Shown here: positions 41,792 through 50,501 of the stretch, piece after piece
Layout: each line of letters opens with the position of its first letter
Position numbering within the stretch: the first letter of the stretch is position 1
Assembly (NCBI GenBank): GCA_035285125.1
Contig: JAYKHR010000060.1
Span: forward strand, 1 to 64,000
Reading direction: 5' to 3'
DNA length: 64,000 bases
Origin: Candidatus Sericytochromatia bacterium
GTDB lineage: Bacteria; Cyanobacteriota; Sericytochromatia; S15B-MN24; JAQBPE01
The notes under the pieces: generated by a model
What the model was told of the DNA's origin: nothing
The model's input: only the letters and a program-made list of their open reading frames with translations
Databases searched by the model: none
Made by a program: the position numbers and the translations under genes

Positions 41792-42466
41792 TCAGAAGGC
41801 GCTGCCGTAGCCGGGCATCGTACCCGTGGGAGCGCCGTAGGGCGAGGGGGCGGCGCCGAAGCCCGGGGTGCCACCGGCCATCGAACCGAAGCCGGGGGTG
41901 CCGCCAGCCATGCCGCCGCCCATGGCGGGGTCGGAGGTGACGGAAACTTCCACGTCGTCCGTGGTCCACTTCTTGTCCTGGAAGTCGAAGGTCTGCGTCT
42001 CGTTGGCCTGCAGCGAGACCTGCTGAGTAATGGGCGCCGTCTTGGAGGTCTTCGAGCCGTTCCTGAAGGTCACGGTGAGTGTGCCCGTTCGGGGCGTCGC
42101 GCCGGGGTTGCTGACCTCCACCGTGCACTTGAAGGTGCCGATGCCGAACAGCACGCCGTTCTTCTTGGAGGCGACCCGCGCCGTGAGGTCTGGGCCCGCA
42201 CCCATCCCAGGCGCCGTGCCGAAGCCGGGGGTGCCGCCGAAGCCGGGGGTGCCGCCGAAGCCGGGTTGGGTCGGCGTGGTACCGAAGCCGGGCTGGGTTG
42301 GCGTGGTGCCGAAGCCAGGCGTCGTCGGCGTCGTGCCGAAGCCGGGGTCCGAGAAGCCAGGGTCTTCGAAACCTGGGTCAACCTGGCTCGGGTTGTTGCC
42401 GCAGCCAGTCAGGAGGCCGGCAGCCACCACGGCCACCAGCAGCTTGGTCGTCGCACCATTGAACAT
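41792..42466 (-). CDS. Lipoprotein with PGFG repeats flanking a small beta-rich (Ig/CARDB-like) domain
   Basis: RBS AAGGAG; LLTGC lipobox; 10 PGF units; central beta-strand domain of about 90 aa. Confidence 0.8.
   Translation of the reverse strand: MFNGATTKLLVAVVAAGLLTGCGNNPSQVDPGFEDPGFSDPGFGTTPTTPGFGTTPTQPGFGTTPTQPGFGGTPGFGGTPGFGTAPGMGAGPDLTARVASKKNGVLFGIGTFKCTVEVSNPGATPRTGTLTVTFRNGSKTSKTAPITQQVSLQANETQTFDFQDKKWTTDDVEVSVTSDPAMGGGMAGGTPGFGSMAGGTPGFGAAPSPYGAPTGTMPGYGSAF
42200..42376 (-). repeat. Tandem 15/27/18-bp repeats encoding PGF(G) units
   Basis: Recurrent (cc)gaagccggg(gg)tg on the + strand; protein PGFED PGFSD (PGFGTTPTx)3 (PGFGGT)2 PGFGTA PGMG. Confidence 0.9.
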
Positions 42467-42549
42467 TGGGGGGCTCCTTCTCGCAGTTCACGCAACCATC
42501 ACGCACCTTGGATGGTTGTTTTGTCGCTCGCTGCCAGGAGAAGCTGACG

Positions 42550-42570
42550 TTAATTCACAGTTAAAATTAA
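42550..42570. promoter_or_regulatory. TTAA-N7-TTAA putative operator upstream of the PGFG lipoprotein
   Basis: TTAATTCACAGTTAAAATTAA, an AT island in GC-rich DNA. Confidence 0.55.
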
Positions 42571-42596
42571 GGTGCTGCCCCGCCGAAGGCGCCGGA

Positions 42597-43667
42597 TCAC
42601 CGCGCCGCTTCCAGCTTTTCAGCCCAGCGGCGATCCAGGATCTCGGCCACCCCGGCCACGTCCTCAACGTTCTTCACGGGCAGGAAGCGATCCTCGCGGG
42701 GCACGCACACGAAGCGCGTTGCCAGCACGGTGGAGAGGTCACCTGCGAGGTGCTCGAACTGGATCACCTTTTCGCCGTGGACCTGCTTCTCCACCACGTA
42801 CCAGGGCAACTCGGCGTCGCGGGCCAGGGCCTCGGCGTCGAAGACATAGTTCGCCGTGTTGAACACGCTGATACGGTCCTGATCGAAGCCCGGCGGGAAG
42901 GCGAAGCCCTCCACGAGTTGCAGGCGTCCATCGACGCGGGCAGGCGCCCCGCCCTGGTCGCCGGGGTTCTTGGCGGCGACCTCGACCGTCATCTCGGCGC
43001 CGCTCAGGAGGTGGCCCCCGAGGATCACGGGGTCCACCGTGGCCCCGAGGTTGTCCACGTTCGAGAAGCACAGGTAACGGCCTCCCGCCGCCCGGAAGGC
43101 GTCAAGCTGGCCGCTTTCCTTGAAGGCGTAGGGGAAGTCGCCGTGCCCCGGGGCGGCCAGGCTCGGCTGGCCGTCCTCGACGTAGGCGCCGCCTCCGGGG
43201 GCCAGGCGGGGCATCTGGTACTGCTGGAACCGGTGGACCGTGCCCGGCTCCAGCCCGAAGCAGGCGTGCTCGGCCAGGTGGGCCGCGATGCCCTCGTCCG
43301 TGGCGAAGCTGGTCATCAGGTACACGGGCACCTTGGCCCCCAGCCGCGCGACGGCCTCGAGCTTCAAAGCGAGGAAGCTCCGGCCGTGCCAGATCGGGTA
43401 CAGGCCCTTGGGCCGGTCGTAACGAAACCGCGTGGCCATGCCGCCTGCCAGGATGACCACGCCCACCTGCCCCGCGGCAATTGCGCGCAAGCCGGCCTCG
43501 CGCTGGGCCTGCCAGGCCTCCGAGCCCGGCGCCGGGAGCGCGGCCATGTCAGCCGCGGCGGGTGGCTCCACCGCGCCGCTCAGCACGTTCGTCGCCCTGG
43601 ACAGGGTGCCGGCCCGGAAGCGGGCCGCGAGGCCCTCGAACACGTCGTTGATGGTCGCCTGGTTCAT
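42597..43667 (-). CDS. Eukaryote-type UDP-sugar pyrophosphorylase (UDPGP/UAP family)
   Basis: ILAGGMATRF..PKG, LMTSFAT, FQQ, APGHGD, SNVDNLGA, GGAP..LVE, FNTAN, FLPVK. Confidence 0.85.
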   Translation of the reverse strand: MNQATINDVFEGLAARFRAGTLSRATNVLSGAVEPPAAADMAALPAPGSEAWQAQREAGLRAIAAGQVGVVILAGGMATRFRYDRPKGLYPIWHGRSFLALKLEAVARLGAKVPVYLMTSFATDEGIAAHLAEHACFGLEPGTVHRFQQYQMPRLAPGGGAYVEDGQPSLAAPGHGDFPYAFKESGQLDAFRAAGGRYLCFSNVDNLGATVDPVILGGHLLSGAEMTVEVAAKNPGDQGGAPARVDGRLQLVEGFAFPPGFDQDRISVFNTANYVFDAEALARDAELPWYVVEKQVHGEKVIQFEHLAGDLSTVLATRFVCVPREDRFLPVKNVEDVAGVAEILDRRWAEKLEAAR

Positions 43668-43813
43668 CCTGTTCCTCCCCGCTGGTGTGGTTTTTGATCG
43701 TACCGCGTGGGCGGGGGTGGCTCAAGCCGGGGCCTGTCCGGCCTGCCGTTCGGCTGGTTGACGGCCAGGGGGCGCGGGGCTATAACCCTCTCGCGCACCG
43801 CGCAGGAGGCCCC

Positions 43814-44158
43814 TTGTCCCACTGCCTGTTCTGTCGTCTCGTCGCCGGGGAGATCCCCGCCCGCAAGGTCCATGAGGACGCCGATACGATCGCTTTCCAT
43901 GATTTGCACCCGCAGGCCCCGACGCACGTGCTCGTGATTCCCAAGCGACACGTGGCCTGCTTCGCGGACCTCACGGCCGAGGACGGGCCCTTGCTCGGCG
44001 CCATGGCCGCCGCCGTCAACGCGGCTGCGCGGCAGGCGGGTCTCGAAGAGAGCGGCTTCCGCGTGGTGTGCAACAACGGCCGGGACGCAGGCCAGTCGGT
44101 CGATCACCTGCACTGGCACGTGCTCGGCGGCCGCGGGCTCGCCTGGCCGCCGGGCTGA
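43814..44158 (+). CDS. Histidine triad (HIT/HinT) nucleotide-binding protein
   Basis: RBS AGGAGG plus TTG; CLFCRLVAGEIP, AFHDLHPQAPTHVLVIPK, GQSVDHLHWHV. Confidence 0.93.
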   Translation: MSHCLFCRLVAGEIPARKVHEDADTIAFHDLHPQAPTHVLVIPKRHVACFADLTAEDGPLLGAMAAAVNAAARQAGLEESGFRVVCNNGRDAGQSVDHLHWHVLGGRGLAWPPG

Positions 44159-44195
44159 GCCTCCCCCCACGTCTGGCGGGTATACTGGCAGCGGC

Positions 44196-45518
44196 ATGCC
44201 CCGCTTCGTTGCTCTTCGTTCCCTGGTGGGCGCGCTCGTCGCCGCCCCCGCGCTCGCGGGCTGTGACCTCGCGATCGCGGGCTTCCTCCTGCCCGGGCTG
44301 GGCCGGCCGCTCACGGGCCGCGTCGTCGACGCGCGCACCAGGCTGCCCGTGGGTGGTGCCACCGTGCTCGCCGGCCTCGGTCAGACCGTGACGGACGGCC
44401 AGGGACACTTCCGGCTCTTCGGCAACTTTGCCAGCGACGAGGTTTCCGTGGCGCGGGCGGGCTACATCGCCCAGACCCAGGGTGGGATCCCGCTGAGCCC
44501 TGACGGCGACCTGGCGTTCACGCTGGAGCCGCTGTTCGTGCCAGCCAGCCCCTTGCCTGTCAGGTTCCTGCAGCTCTCCGGCCCCGTGACGGGCCTGGCG
44601 TCGCCCGTCGAGCCGGCCATGGTCTGCCTCGGAGGCACCTCGGTGGGCGTCTCGAACGGTGCCTACGCCATCGAGTACAAGGCGCCGGCGCCAGGCCGGA
44701 TCCTCTCGGCGGTGCTGGCCCGGGGCACGCTCAGCGCGCCCTGGATCGAGGGCGTGGCAGCGCCGCAGCCTTTCCACTTTCTGCAGTTCGCCTACGAGGT
44801 CGGCTCGTGGCGGCTCGGCGACACCATTCCCGAGTCCGCCCAGACGCGCCCCGTTCAGATCGCGAGCCAGGTGCCCATCCAGCCCGTGCGCGTCAGCTAC
44901 AGCAACCTGGGGGGCTTCGGCGGCGTCCAGACCGACGTCGCGCTCGACTTCGGCGTGCTGGGGTACGTGCCCGTGGCGCGGGCGCTCGCCAGCAGCCAGG
45001 GCCTGCCCGTGCCGGTGCTCGCCGGGCTGAAGTACGTCGTCACGGGGGAGGCGTCGGACGCGGCCGGCAAGACGAGCAGCCTGGTGACGCTCACGACGAA
45101 CGACCCGGGCCGCGCCACCTTCCAGCTGCTTTCCGTGCCCCGGGTGGTGGAGCCGACGGCCGGCGCGACGGGCGTCGGCCAGCGCCCCACCTTCAGGTGG
45201 ACGCCGCTGGCTGTCGACGTCGAGTACGAGGTGCGCGTCCGCGAGGTGGGGGAGGCCCAGCTCAAGTGGGTCGGGCGCACCCGGTTCCCGGAGATCACCT
45301 ACCCGGGGTTTGCGGCCAACGACATCAACGGCGGGGCCCTGCGACCGGACCGCAAGTACACGTGGAGCCTGCGGGCGATCGAGGTCCTGGAGGCGGGGGA
45401 TGCCCCGGCCTCTCCCCGGTTCGCGCTCGCGGACCTCGCGGGGCCGCGGGTGCCCGTCAGGCCCTACAGGGTGCGGAAGCGAGAGGCCGAGGTGCGCGAC
45501 ATGGGGTTCTCGCTGTGA
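44196..45518 (+). CDS. Lipoprotein with carboxypeptidase-regulatory-like and C-terminal FN3-like domains
   Basis: LAGC lipobox; GRVVDARTRLPVGGATV...TDGQGHF; PTFRWTP..YEV..YTWSLRA. Confidence 0.7.
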   Translation: MPRFVALRSLVGALVAAPALAGCDLAIAGFLLPGLGRPLTGRVVDARTRLPVGGATVLAGLGQTVTDGQGHFRLFGNFASDEVSVARAGYIAQTQGGIPLSPDGDLAFTLEPLFVPASPLPVRFLQLSGPVTGLASPVEPAMVCLGGTSVGVSNGAYAIEYKAPAPGRILSAVLARGTLSAPWIEGVAAPQPFHFLQFAYEVGSWRLGDTIPESAQTRPVQIASQVPIQPVRVSYSNLGGFGGVQTDVALDFGVLGYVPVARALASSQGLPVPVLAGLKYVVTGEASDAAGKTSSLVTLTTNDPGRATFQLLSVPRVVEPTAGATGVGQRPTFRWTPLAVDVEYEVRVREVGEAQLKWVGRTRFPEITYPGFAANDINGGALRPDRKYTWSLRAIEVLEAGDAPASPRFALADLAGPRVPVRPYRVRKREAEVRDMGFSL

Positions 45519-46801
45519 GCGTCCGGCGCCTGCTGACCCTCGCCTGCGCCATGCTGGGCACCGCCGGCTGCGGCGGCTTTGCCGGGCTCTCGCCAGCCGG
45601 GTGGCCGCTCGCGGCCCCGCGCGGCCCCATCCGCGCGGGAGAGCTCATCGTGCACTGGGCCAGCCCCCCTGCGGAGGCGGAGGTGGCAGCCCTCCTGCAA
45701 AGGCTCGGCGGCACGCTCGAGCAGCGGCGGGACGCCCTCGGGCTGGTGCGGGTGCCCGTCGGGACCGAGGTCGAGCGCTGCCGGGCCGTACGAGGCTGGC
45801 CTGGGCTGGTCGGGGCCGAGCCGAACCGCGTCGTTCGCAGCCAGCAGCACGGTCGGCTGCGGCCGGCCCGGGGGCTGCTGGCCCGGCCGAACGACCAGGC
45901 CCTGGCCGCGGCTTCCCCCCAGGCGGGCGTGGCCGCCACGTGGGGGCTGACGGCCATTCGGGCTGAGGCTGCTTGGGACGTCACGGCGGGAGACCCCGGG
46001 GTGGTGGTCGCCGTCATCGACACGGGCGTGGACCTGAGCCACCCCGACCTCGCGGCCAACCTCGACCGGGCCGGGGCACGCAACTTCGTGGAGCCAGGGC
46101 AGCCCCCCGACGACGACTTCGGCCACGGCACCCACGTCGCGGGCATCGTGGCGGCCGTGGGCGACAACGGCCAGGGCGGCTGTGGGGTGGCCTGGCGCGG
46201 CCGTGTCCTGCCCATTCGCGTGCTGGGCGTCGATGGCACAGGCTCCACCTGGAACACGGTGGCTGCGCTCGACTACGCCGTCTCGCGCCAGGCCGCGGTG
46301 GTGAACCTCAGCCTGGGCTCGCCGGACTACAGCCCCCTGGAGGCCGAGGCCGTGCAGCGGGCCCTCCAGGCCGGGACGGTGGTCGTGGCGGCGGCGGGAA
46401 ACGAGGCCGGCGACGGCAACTACCTGGAGTACCCGGCCTCGTACCCCGGCGTGGTCAGCGTGGCCGCCGTGGGGCCGGACCTCCGGCGGGCCGTCTTCTC
46501 GAACTTCAACAGCTGGGTGACGCTCGCTGCACCTGGGGTGGACGTCTTCTCGACGGTTCCGACGCGCCTCAGCCCCGGCGTGCCCTACGGCTACCTCAGC
46601 GGCACCAGCATGGCGGCGCCGATGGTGGCAGGGGCTGCGGCCCTGCTGCTGACCCAGCAGCCCAGCTGGACCCCGGCCCAGGTGGTGGAGCGGCTCCGCC
46701 GCACGGCGCGGGAGCTGACGCCGTCGGGGGATCCCGTGCCTGGCTTCGATGTCTTCCACGGCGCGGGGTTGCTGGACGTCGGTCGGGCCCTGGGGCGATG
46801 A
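45515..46801 (+). CDS. S8 subtilisin-like serine protease lipoprotein
   Basis: GTG overlaps the upstream stop; TAGC lipobox; VAVIDTGVD, HGTHVAG, AAAGN, SGTSMAAP. Confidence 0.93.
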   Translation: MSVRRLLTLACAMLGTAGCGGFAGLSPAGWPLAAPRGPIRAGELIVHWASPPAEAEVAALLQRLGGTLEQRRDALGLVRVPVGTEVERCRAVRGWPGLVGAEPNRVVRSQQHGRLRPARGLLARPNDQALAAASPQAGVAATWGLTAIRAEAAWDVTAGDPGVVVAVIDTGVDLSHPDLAANLDRAGARNFVEPGQPPDDDFGHGTHVAGIVAAVGDNGQGGCGVAWRGRVLPIRVLGVDGTGSTWNTVAALDYAVSRQAAVVNLSLGSPDYSPLEAEAVQRALQAGTVVVAAAGNEAGDGNYLEYPASYPGVVSVAAVGPDLRRAVFSNFNSWVTLAAPGVDVFSTVPTRLSPGVPYGYLSGTSMAAPMVAGAAALLLTQQPSWTPAQVVERLRRTARELTPSGDPVPGFDVFHGAGLLDVGRALGR

Positions 46802-46812
46802 GAGGAGCAGAC

Positions 46813-47811
46813 ATGCGCACGTGTGGAGAGCTGCTGGCGGTGGTGACGCGCAGCGGCGAGGTGGAGTCCGTGCACGGCGGTCACGTGGCGGTGGTGGACG
46901 CCGAGGGGCAGGTCCTGTTCGGGCGTGGCGGCCTCGACACGCCGGTGTGGGTCCGCTCCAGCGTGAAGCCCTTGCAGGTCTTGCCGCTGCTGCTGTCCGG
47001 GGCCGCCGACGCCTTTGGCCTGCCCGGCGAGGCGCTCGCGGTGGCCCAGGCGTCGCACTCGGGCACGGACCGGCACCGGGAGGTGGTCGGCCAGCTGCTG
47101 GAGCGCGTCGGCCTGCCCCCCTCCGCGCTCCGCTGTGGACGGCACACCCCCTACGACGACGCGACGGCCGTCGCTCTGCTGCGTGCCGGGGAGGAGGCAG
47201 ACGTGCTTCGCTGCAACTGCTCGGGCAAGCACGCGGCCATGCTGGCCGTGTGCCGGCACCAGGGGTGGGACATCGGCTCCTACCGCGCGCCTGATCACCC
47301 CTTGCAGCGCTGGATCAGGGAGCTGCTTGCCACGGCTGCGGGCGTGGCGCCGTCGGCCGTCGGCGTCGGCGTGGACGGCTGCGGGGCCCCCGTCTGGCGG
47401 CTGCCGGTGCTCGGGCTGGCCGTCGCCTACGCCCGCCTGGCGTCAGGCCGCGGGCTTTCCGGGGACGTGGCGGCTGCGGGGGCTCGGGCCCTGGGGGCGT
47501 TCGTGGCCCATCCCGAGCTGGTTGCAGGGCCCGGACGCCTGGACACGGCGCTGATCCGCGCTGGAGAGGGCCGGCTGGTCGCCAAGATTGGCGGGGAGGC
47601 CGTGCACGCGGGCGTCTGGCGCGGGGGCGGCCCGGCCTGGGCGCTGAAGGTGGCTGACGGCGCCAAGCGCGCCATCGGACCCGCACTGGCCCGCTCGATG
47701 GCCCTGGCTGGGTGCCCGTTGCCTGAGCACCCGGACCTGGCGGCTCACGTGGCCCCCGAAATCGTCAACAACCTGGGCGAGGTCGTCGGGGCCGTCGAAG
47801 CCGCCTTCTGA
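46813..47811 (+). CDS. L-asparaginase II (Rhizobium etli AnsA-type)
   Basis: RBS GAGGAG; RSGEVESVH, RSSVKPLQ, ASHSG, NCSGKH, DGCGAP, KVADG. Confidence 0.88.
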   Translation: MRTCGELLAVVTRSGEVESVHGGHVAVVDAEGQVLFGRGGLDTPVWVRSSVKPLQVLPLLLSGAADAFGLPGEALAVAQASHSGTDRHREVVGQLLERVGLPPSALRCGRHTPYDDATAVALLRAGEEADVLRCNCSGKHAAMLAVCRHQGWDIGSYRAPDHPLQRWIRELLATAAGVAPSAVGVGVDGCGAPVWRLPVLGLAVAYARLASGRGLSGDVAAAGARALGAFVAHPELVAGPGRLDTALIRAGEGRLVAKIGGEAVHAGVWRGGGPAWALKVADGAKRAIGPALARSMALAGCPLPEHPDLAAHVAPEIVNNLGEVVGAVEAAF

Positions 47812-47823
47812 GGCTGCGAGGGC

Positions 47824-48108
47824 TCAGGTGAGGCCGAAGCCCACGCGCGCCTTGGGCTTCTCCGTGTCGACCTTCTTCATCCGCCGGAAGATGAAGGTGG
47901 GCGTGGTCGCCACGAGCACCCAGCCCTCCTGGCCGAGGGCGTTGAGCCGGTCTTTCAGGGCCGCGGGGGCCAGCCCGGCCAGGTCCAGCGTCTCGTACTC
48001 CGTCGGCGGGTTGAGGCGCTCCTCGGCCTTGTTGTCGACCACCGGGGGGCGCACCGCGACGTTGTCGTCGTCTTCGGACAGCAAGGGGGCGCGATCGGGC
48101 TGGGTCAT
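47824..48108 (-). CDS. Small DUF4177-like protein
   Basis: EYETL...LNALGQEGWVLV...FIFRR; RBS GAGGAG; TGGTATAAT upstream. Confidence 0.7.
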   Translation of the reverse strand: MTQPDRAPLLSEDDDNVAVRPPVVDNKAEERLNPPTEYETLDLAGLAPAALKDRLNALGQEGWVLVATTPTFIFRRMKKVDTEKPKARVGFGLT

Positions 48109-48137
48109 GGTGGCACTCCTCCTCAAGGACGGGCCTG

Positions 48138-48168
48138 ATTATACCAGACGGGGCAGCCGCGGTATGAT
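48138..48168. promoter_or_regulatory. Divergent sigma70-type -10 elements
   Basis: Minus strand TGGTATAAT (48146-48138); plus strand TATGAT (48163-48168) before rnhA. Confidence 0.6.
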
Positions 48169-48216
48169 GGGCGCGGGCGGGGGAGCGGCTCCCCGCCACA
48201 GCGATGAGGTGCCTGC

Positions 48217-48681
48217 GTGGCCGAACTCAGCGAGGTCACCCTCTACACGGACGGCTGTGCGCTCGACAACCCGGGTCCCGGGGGCTGGGCGTCCATCCTG
48301 GTCTACAAGGGCGTCGAGAAGGAGTTCGTTGGCGGCGAGCCACACTCCACCAACAACCGGGCCGAGCTCATGGCCGTGATCACGGGGCTGCGAGCGCTCA
48401 AGCGGCCCTGCCGCGTGCTCATCGTGAGCGACAGCCAGTACGTCATCAAGGGGATGACGGAGTGGATCGCCGGCTGGCGGCGACGCGGCTGGAAGAACGC
48501 CGGCGGGGACCCCGTCAAGAACCGGGAGCTGTGGGAGGCGCTGGATGAAGCCCTTTCCCCTCACCAGGTGCGCTGGGAGTGGGTCAAGGGGCACGCGGGG
48601 CATCCCTACAACGAGCGGTGCGACGTGCTGGCGAAGGCCGAGGCCGAGACCTTCCGGCGGGCGGCGCGCGCGACGCGCTGA
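48217..48681 (+). CDS. rnhA: Ribonuclease HI
   Basis: [50 protein letters not shown]. Confidence 0.97.
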   Translation: MAELSEVTLYTDGCALDNPGPGGWASILVYKGVEKEFVGGEPHSTNNRAELMAVITGLRALKRPCRVLIVSDSQYVIKGMTEWIAGWRRRGWKNAGGDPVKNRELWEALDEALSPHQVRWEWVKGHAGHPYNERCDVLAKAEAETFRRAARATR

Positions 48682-48702
48682 GCGGGTCCGGCCGCGTCAG
48701 GC

Positions 48703-49773
48703 TCAACGCGTGGGACGCTGCTCGGGGGCGTCCTCGTCAGGGTCCTTGGCGTCCACCCAGTCTTGCAGGAACACGTCGCGCATCTGGGCGATGGCGGCCC
48801 CCTCCCCGATCAGCAGGCCGAGCTCGCGGTTGGCGTCGAGCGACTGGCTGGAGAAGTTGATGGAGCCCAGGTAGGCTCGCTCGCCGTCGGCCACGACGTA
48901 CTTGGCATGCAGGTAGGGCTTCCCCTGGCTGCGGGTGGGCACGCCCTGCGCGACGAGCGTGCGCGCCGCGGGCAGGTTCGCGGGGATCTTCTTGACGCCG
49001 CCCACCAGCACCCGCACGTCCACCCCGACGCGGCGTTGCTCCACGAGGGTGGCCACCACCTCGGCGTCGTTCAGCACCTCCACGCCCACGAGCAGCTCCC
49101 GGCTCGCCCCCGCCATCAGGCCCAGGATGCGGCGGCGGGCATTCTCGGGGCTCACGACCAGGTCGGGATCGATGGGGAGGTAGCGCTGCCTGTTCCAGTC
49201 GGCGACGAAGATGCGCTTGAGCTCCTCGACGTCTGAGCGAGACCGATCGATCACGGCGAACTCCCGGTTCGTCTCCGTCGCGGCGCGCGTCAAATTGTAG
49301 GTCAGGACATAGGCGACCTCGCCGTCCACGATCATGGTCTTGGCGTGGGTCAGCGAGAACGCCGGGTTGGTCCAGGCCACCTGCGCGCCGCGCGCCTCGA
49401 GGTCTGCCGCCACCTGCTTGTTCATGCCAGGCTGGGCCGGGGCCTCTTCCAGCAAGACGCGCACCTCGATGCCCCGCGCCGCCGCCCGGCCGAGCGCCTC
49501 CACCACCGTCGGGTCAGTGACCATGTACACCTGCAGCCAGACGCTGTGACGGGCCTGTTCAATGGCCTCGACGATGGGCCTGGTGCCGCTCTCGGGCTGG
49601 GTGAAGAGGGTGATGTGCCCCGGGGCGTGCAGCCGGGCCGCCACCTGGCGCGGGGCCGAGCCACGGGCCTTGGTGGGTGTCGCTGGGGCGAGGCCCCGCC
49701 CGCAGGCGCTCAGGGCCAGGGCCAGGGCCAGCGAGGCCAGCGGCAGGACGGTGGTGGCAAGGTGACGCGTCAC
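48703..49773 (-). CDS. Phospholipase D-superfamily lipoprotein (two HKD motifs)
   Basis: LSAC lipobox; HAKTMIVD...NRE and HAKYVVAD..GSINFS...NRELG. Confidence 0.88.
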   Translation of the reverse strand: MTRHLATTVLPLASLALALALSACGRGLAPATPTKARGSAPRQVAARLHAPGHITLFTQPESGTRPIVEAIEQARHSVWLQVYMVTDPTVVEALGRAAARGIEVRVLLEEAPAQPGMNKQVAADLEARGAQVAWTNPAFSLTHAKTMIVDGEVAYVLTYNLTRAATETNREFAVIDRSRSDVEELKRIFVADWNRQRYLPIDPDLVVSPENARRRILGLMAGASRELLVGVEVLNDAEVVATLVEQRRVGVDVRVLVGGVKKIPANLPAARTLVAQGVPTRSQGKPYLHAKYVVADGERAYLGSINFSSQSLDANRELGLLIGEGAAIAQMRDVFLQDWVDAKDPDEDAPEQRPTR

Positions 49774-49865
49774 GGGGGGCTCCTGAACAGGCTATGAACA
49801 GTGTCGCGCGATGGCGGGATCGGCTTGCGTCTGGCCGTCCCCGGAGAAGCGCATCAAACCGTGCC

Positions 49866-50136
49866 TTTAGTGAAAGTTATCGCGTTTTTAACAAAGATTT
49901 AATGAGTGTTGCATTAAAACTTCGTTAAGCGCGAAAACGTGGTCCGGGAACGTTTCCAGGACTTGGGGTGAATGGGGTAAGTCGTGGCAGGGGTTTCCAG
50001 TGTTAAATTCCGGGAGATGTCTGCCGGATGAGGGTCTTCAGGTGGCGAGGGGGCTCGTTCGGGCCCCACAGTGGCCCTTATGTGAAGCGGGATAAAATTA
50101 GTTTAATTTGGCTTAAGGGAAGGTAATCAGGTACAA
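49866..50136. promoter_or_regulatory. Phased TTAA direct-repeat arrays in a divergent promoter region
   Basis: 11-bp period: TTTA 49866, TTAT 49877, TTAA 49888, TTAA 49899; TTAA 49914/49925. 10-bp period: NNAA at 50083, 50093, 50103, 50113, 50123, 50133. Confidence 0.65.
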
Positions 50137-50196
50137 CGAATTCCGTTGAAGCGTTCAAGGCCTGGCCCTCGGCCCGGCATTCGGGAGACTCCTCCA

Positions 50197-50481
50197 ATGA
50201 TGAAGAAGCTCGCGGCCTTCGCGGCCCTCGCGGTCCTGGCCCTTTCGTCCACCCCTTCCTTCGCTGGCCCCGGCTGCCCGCACGGCGGCAACGGTGGTGG
50301 CACCTGCCCCGGCGGCGGCAACGGCGTCCAGCTGGCCGGCCCCGGCTGCCCGCATGGCGGCAACGGCGGCGGCACCTGCCCCGGCGGTGGCAACGGCGTC
50401 CAGCTGGCTGGCCCTGGCTGCCCGCACGGCGGCAACGGTGGCGGCACCTGCCCCGGCGGCGGCAACGGCGTCGCCGCCTGA
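50197..50481 (+). CDS. Secreted 94-aa precursor with three identical GPGCPHGGNGGGTCPGGGNG cores
   Basis: RBS GGGAGA; MMKK + hydrophobic + SFA Sec signal peptide; 3x72-bp repeats differing only synonymously; followed by a terminator. Confidence 0.85.
   Translation: MMKKLAAFAALAVLALSSTPSFAGPGCPHGGNGGGTCPGGGNGVQLAGPGCPHGGNGGGTCPGGGNGVQLAGPGCPHGGNGGGTCPGGGNGVAA
50263..50478 (+). repeat. 3 x 72-bp coding tandem repeat
   Basis: Units start at 50263, 50335, 50407. Confidence 0.95.
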
Positions 50482-50501
50482 GCCAAAGCCAAAACGCCAC
50501 C

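Noticed and set aside
48217..49773. RNase H plus PLD as a retron or defence module
   Set aside because: Canonical rnhA convergent with an exported PLD lipoprotein; no reverse transcriptase or helicase nearby
49888..49928. CtrA regulon assignment
   Set aside because: The motif matches TTAA-N7-TTAA, but nothing else suggests an alphaproteobacterium; kept only as a generic OmpR/PhoB-type site
50263..50478. CRISPR array
   Set aside because: Contiguous in-frame repeats with no unique spacers; no cas genes
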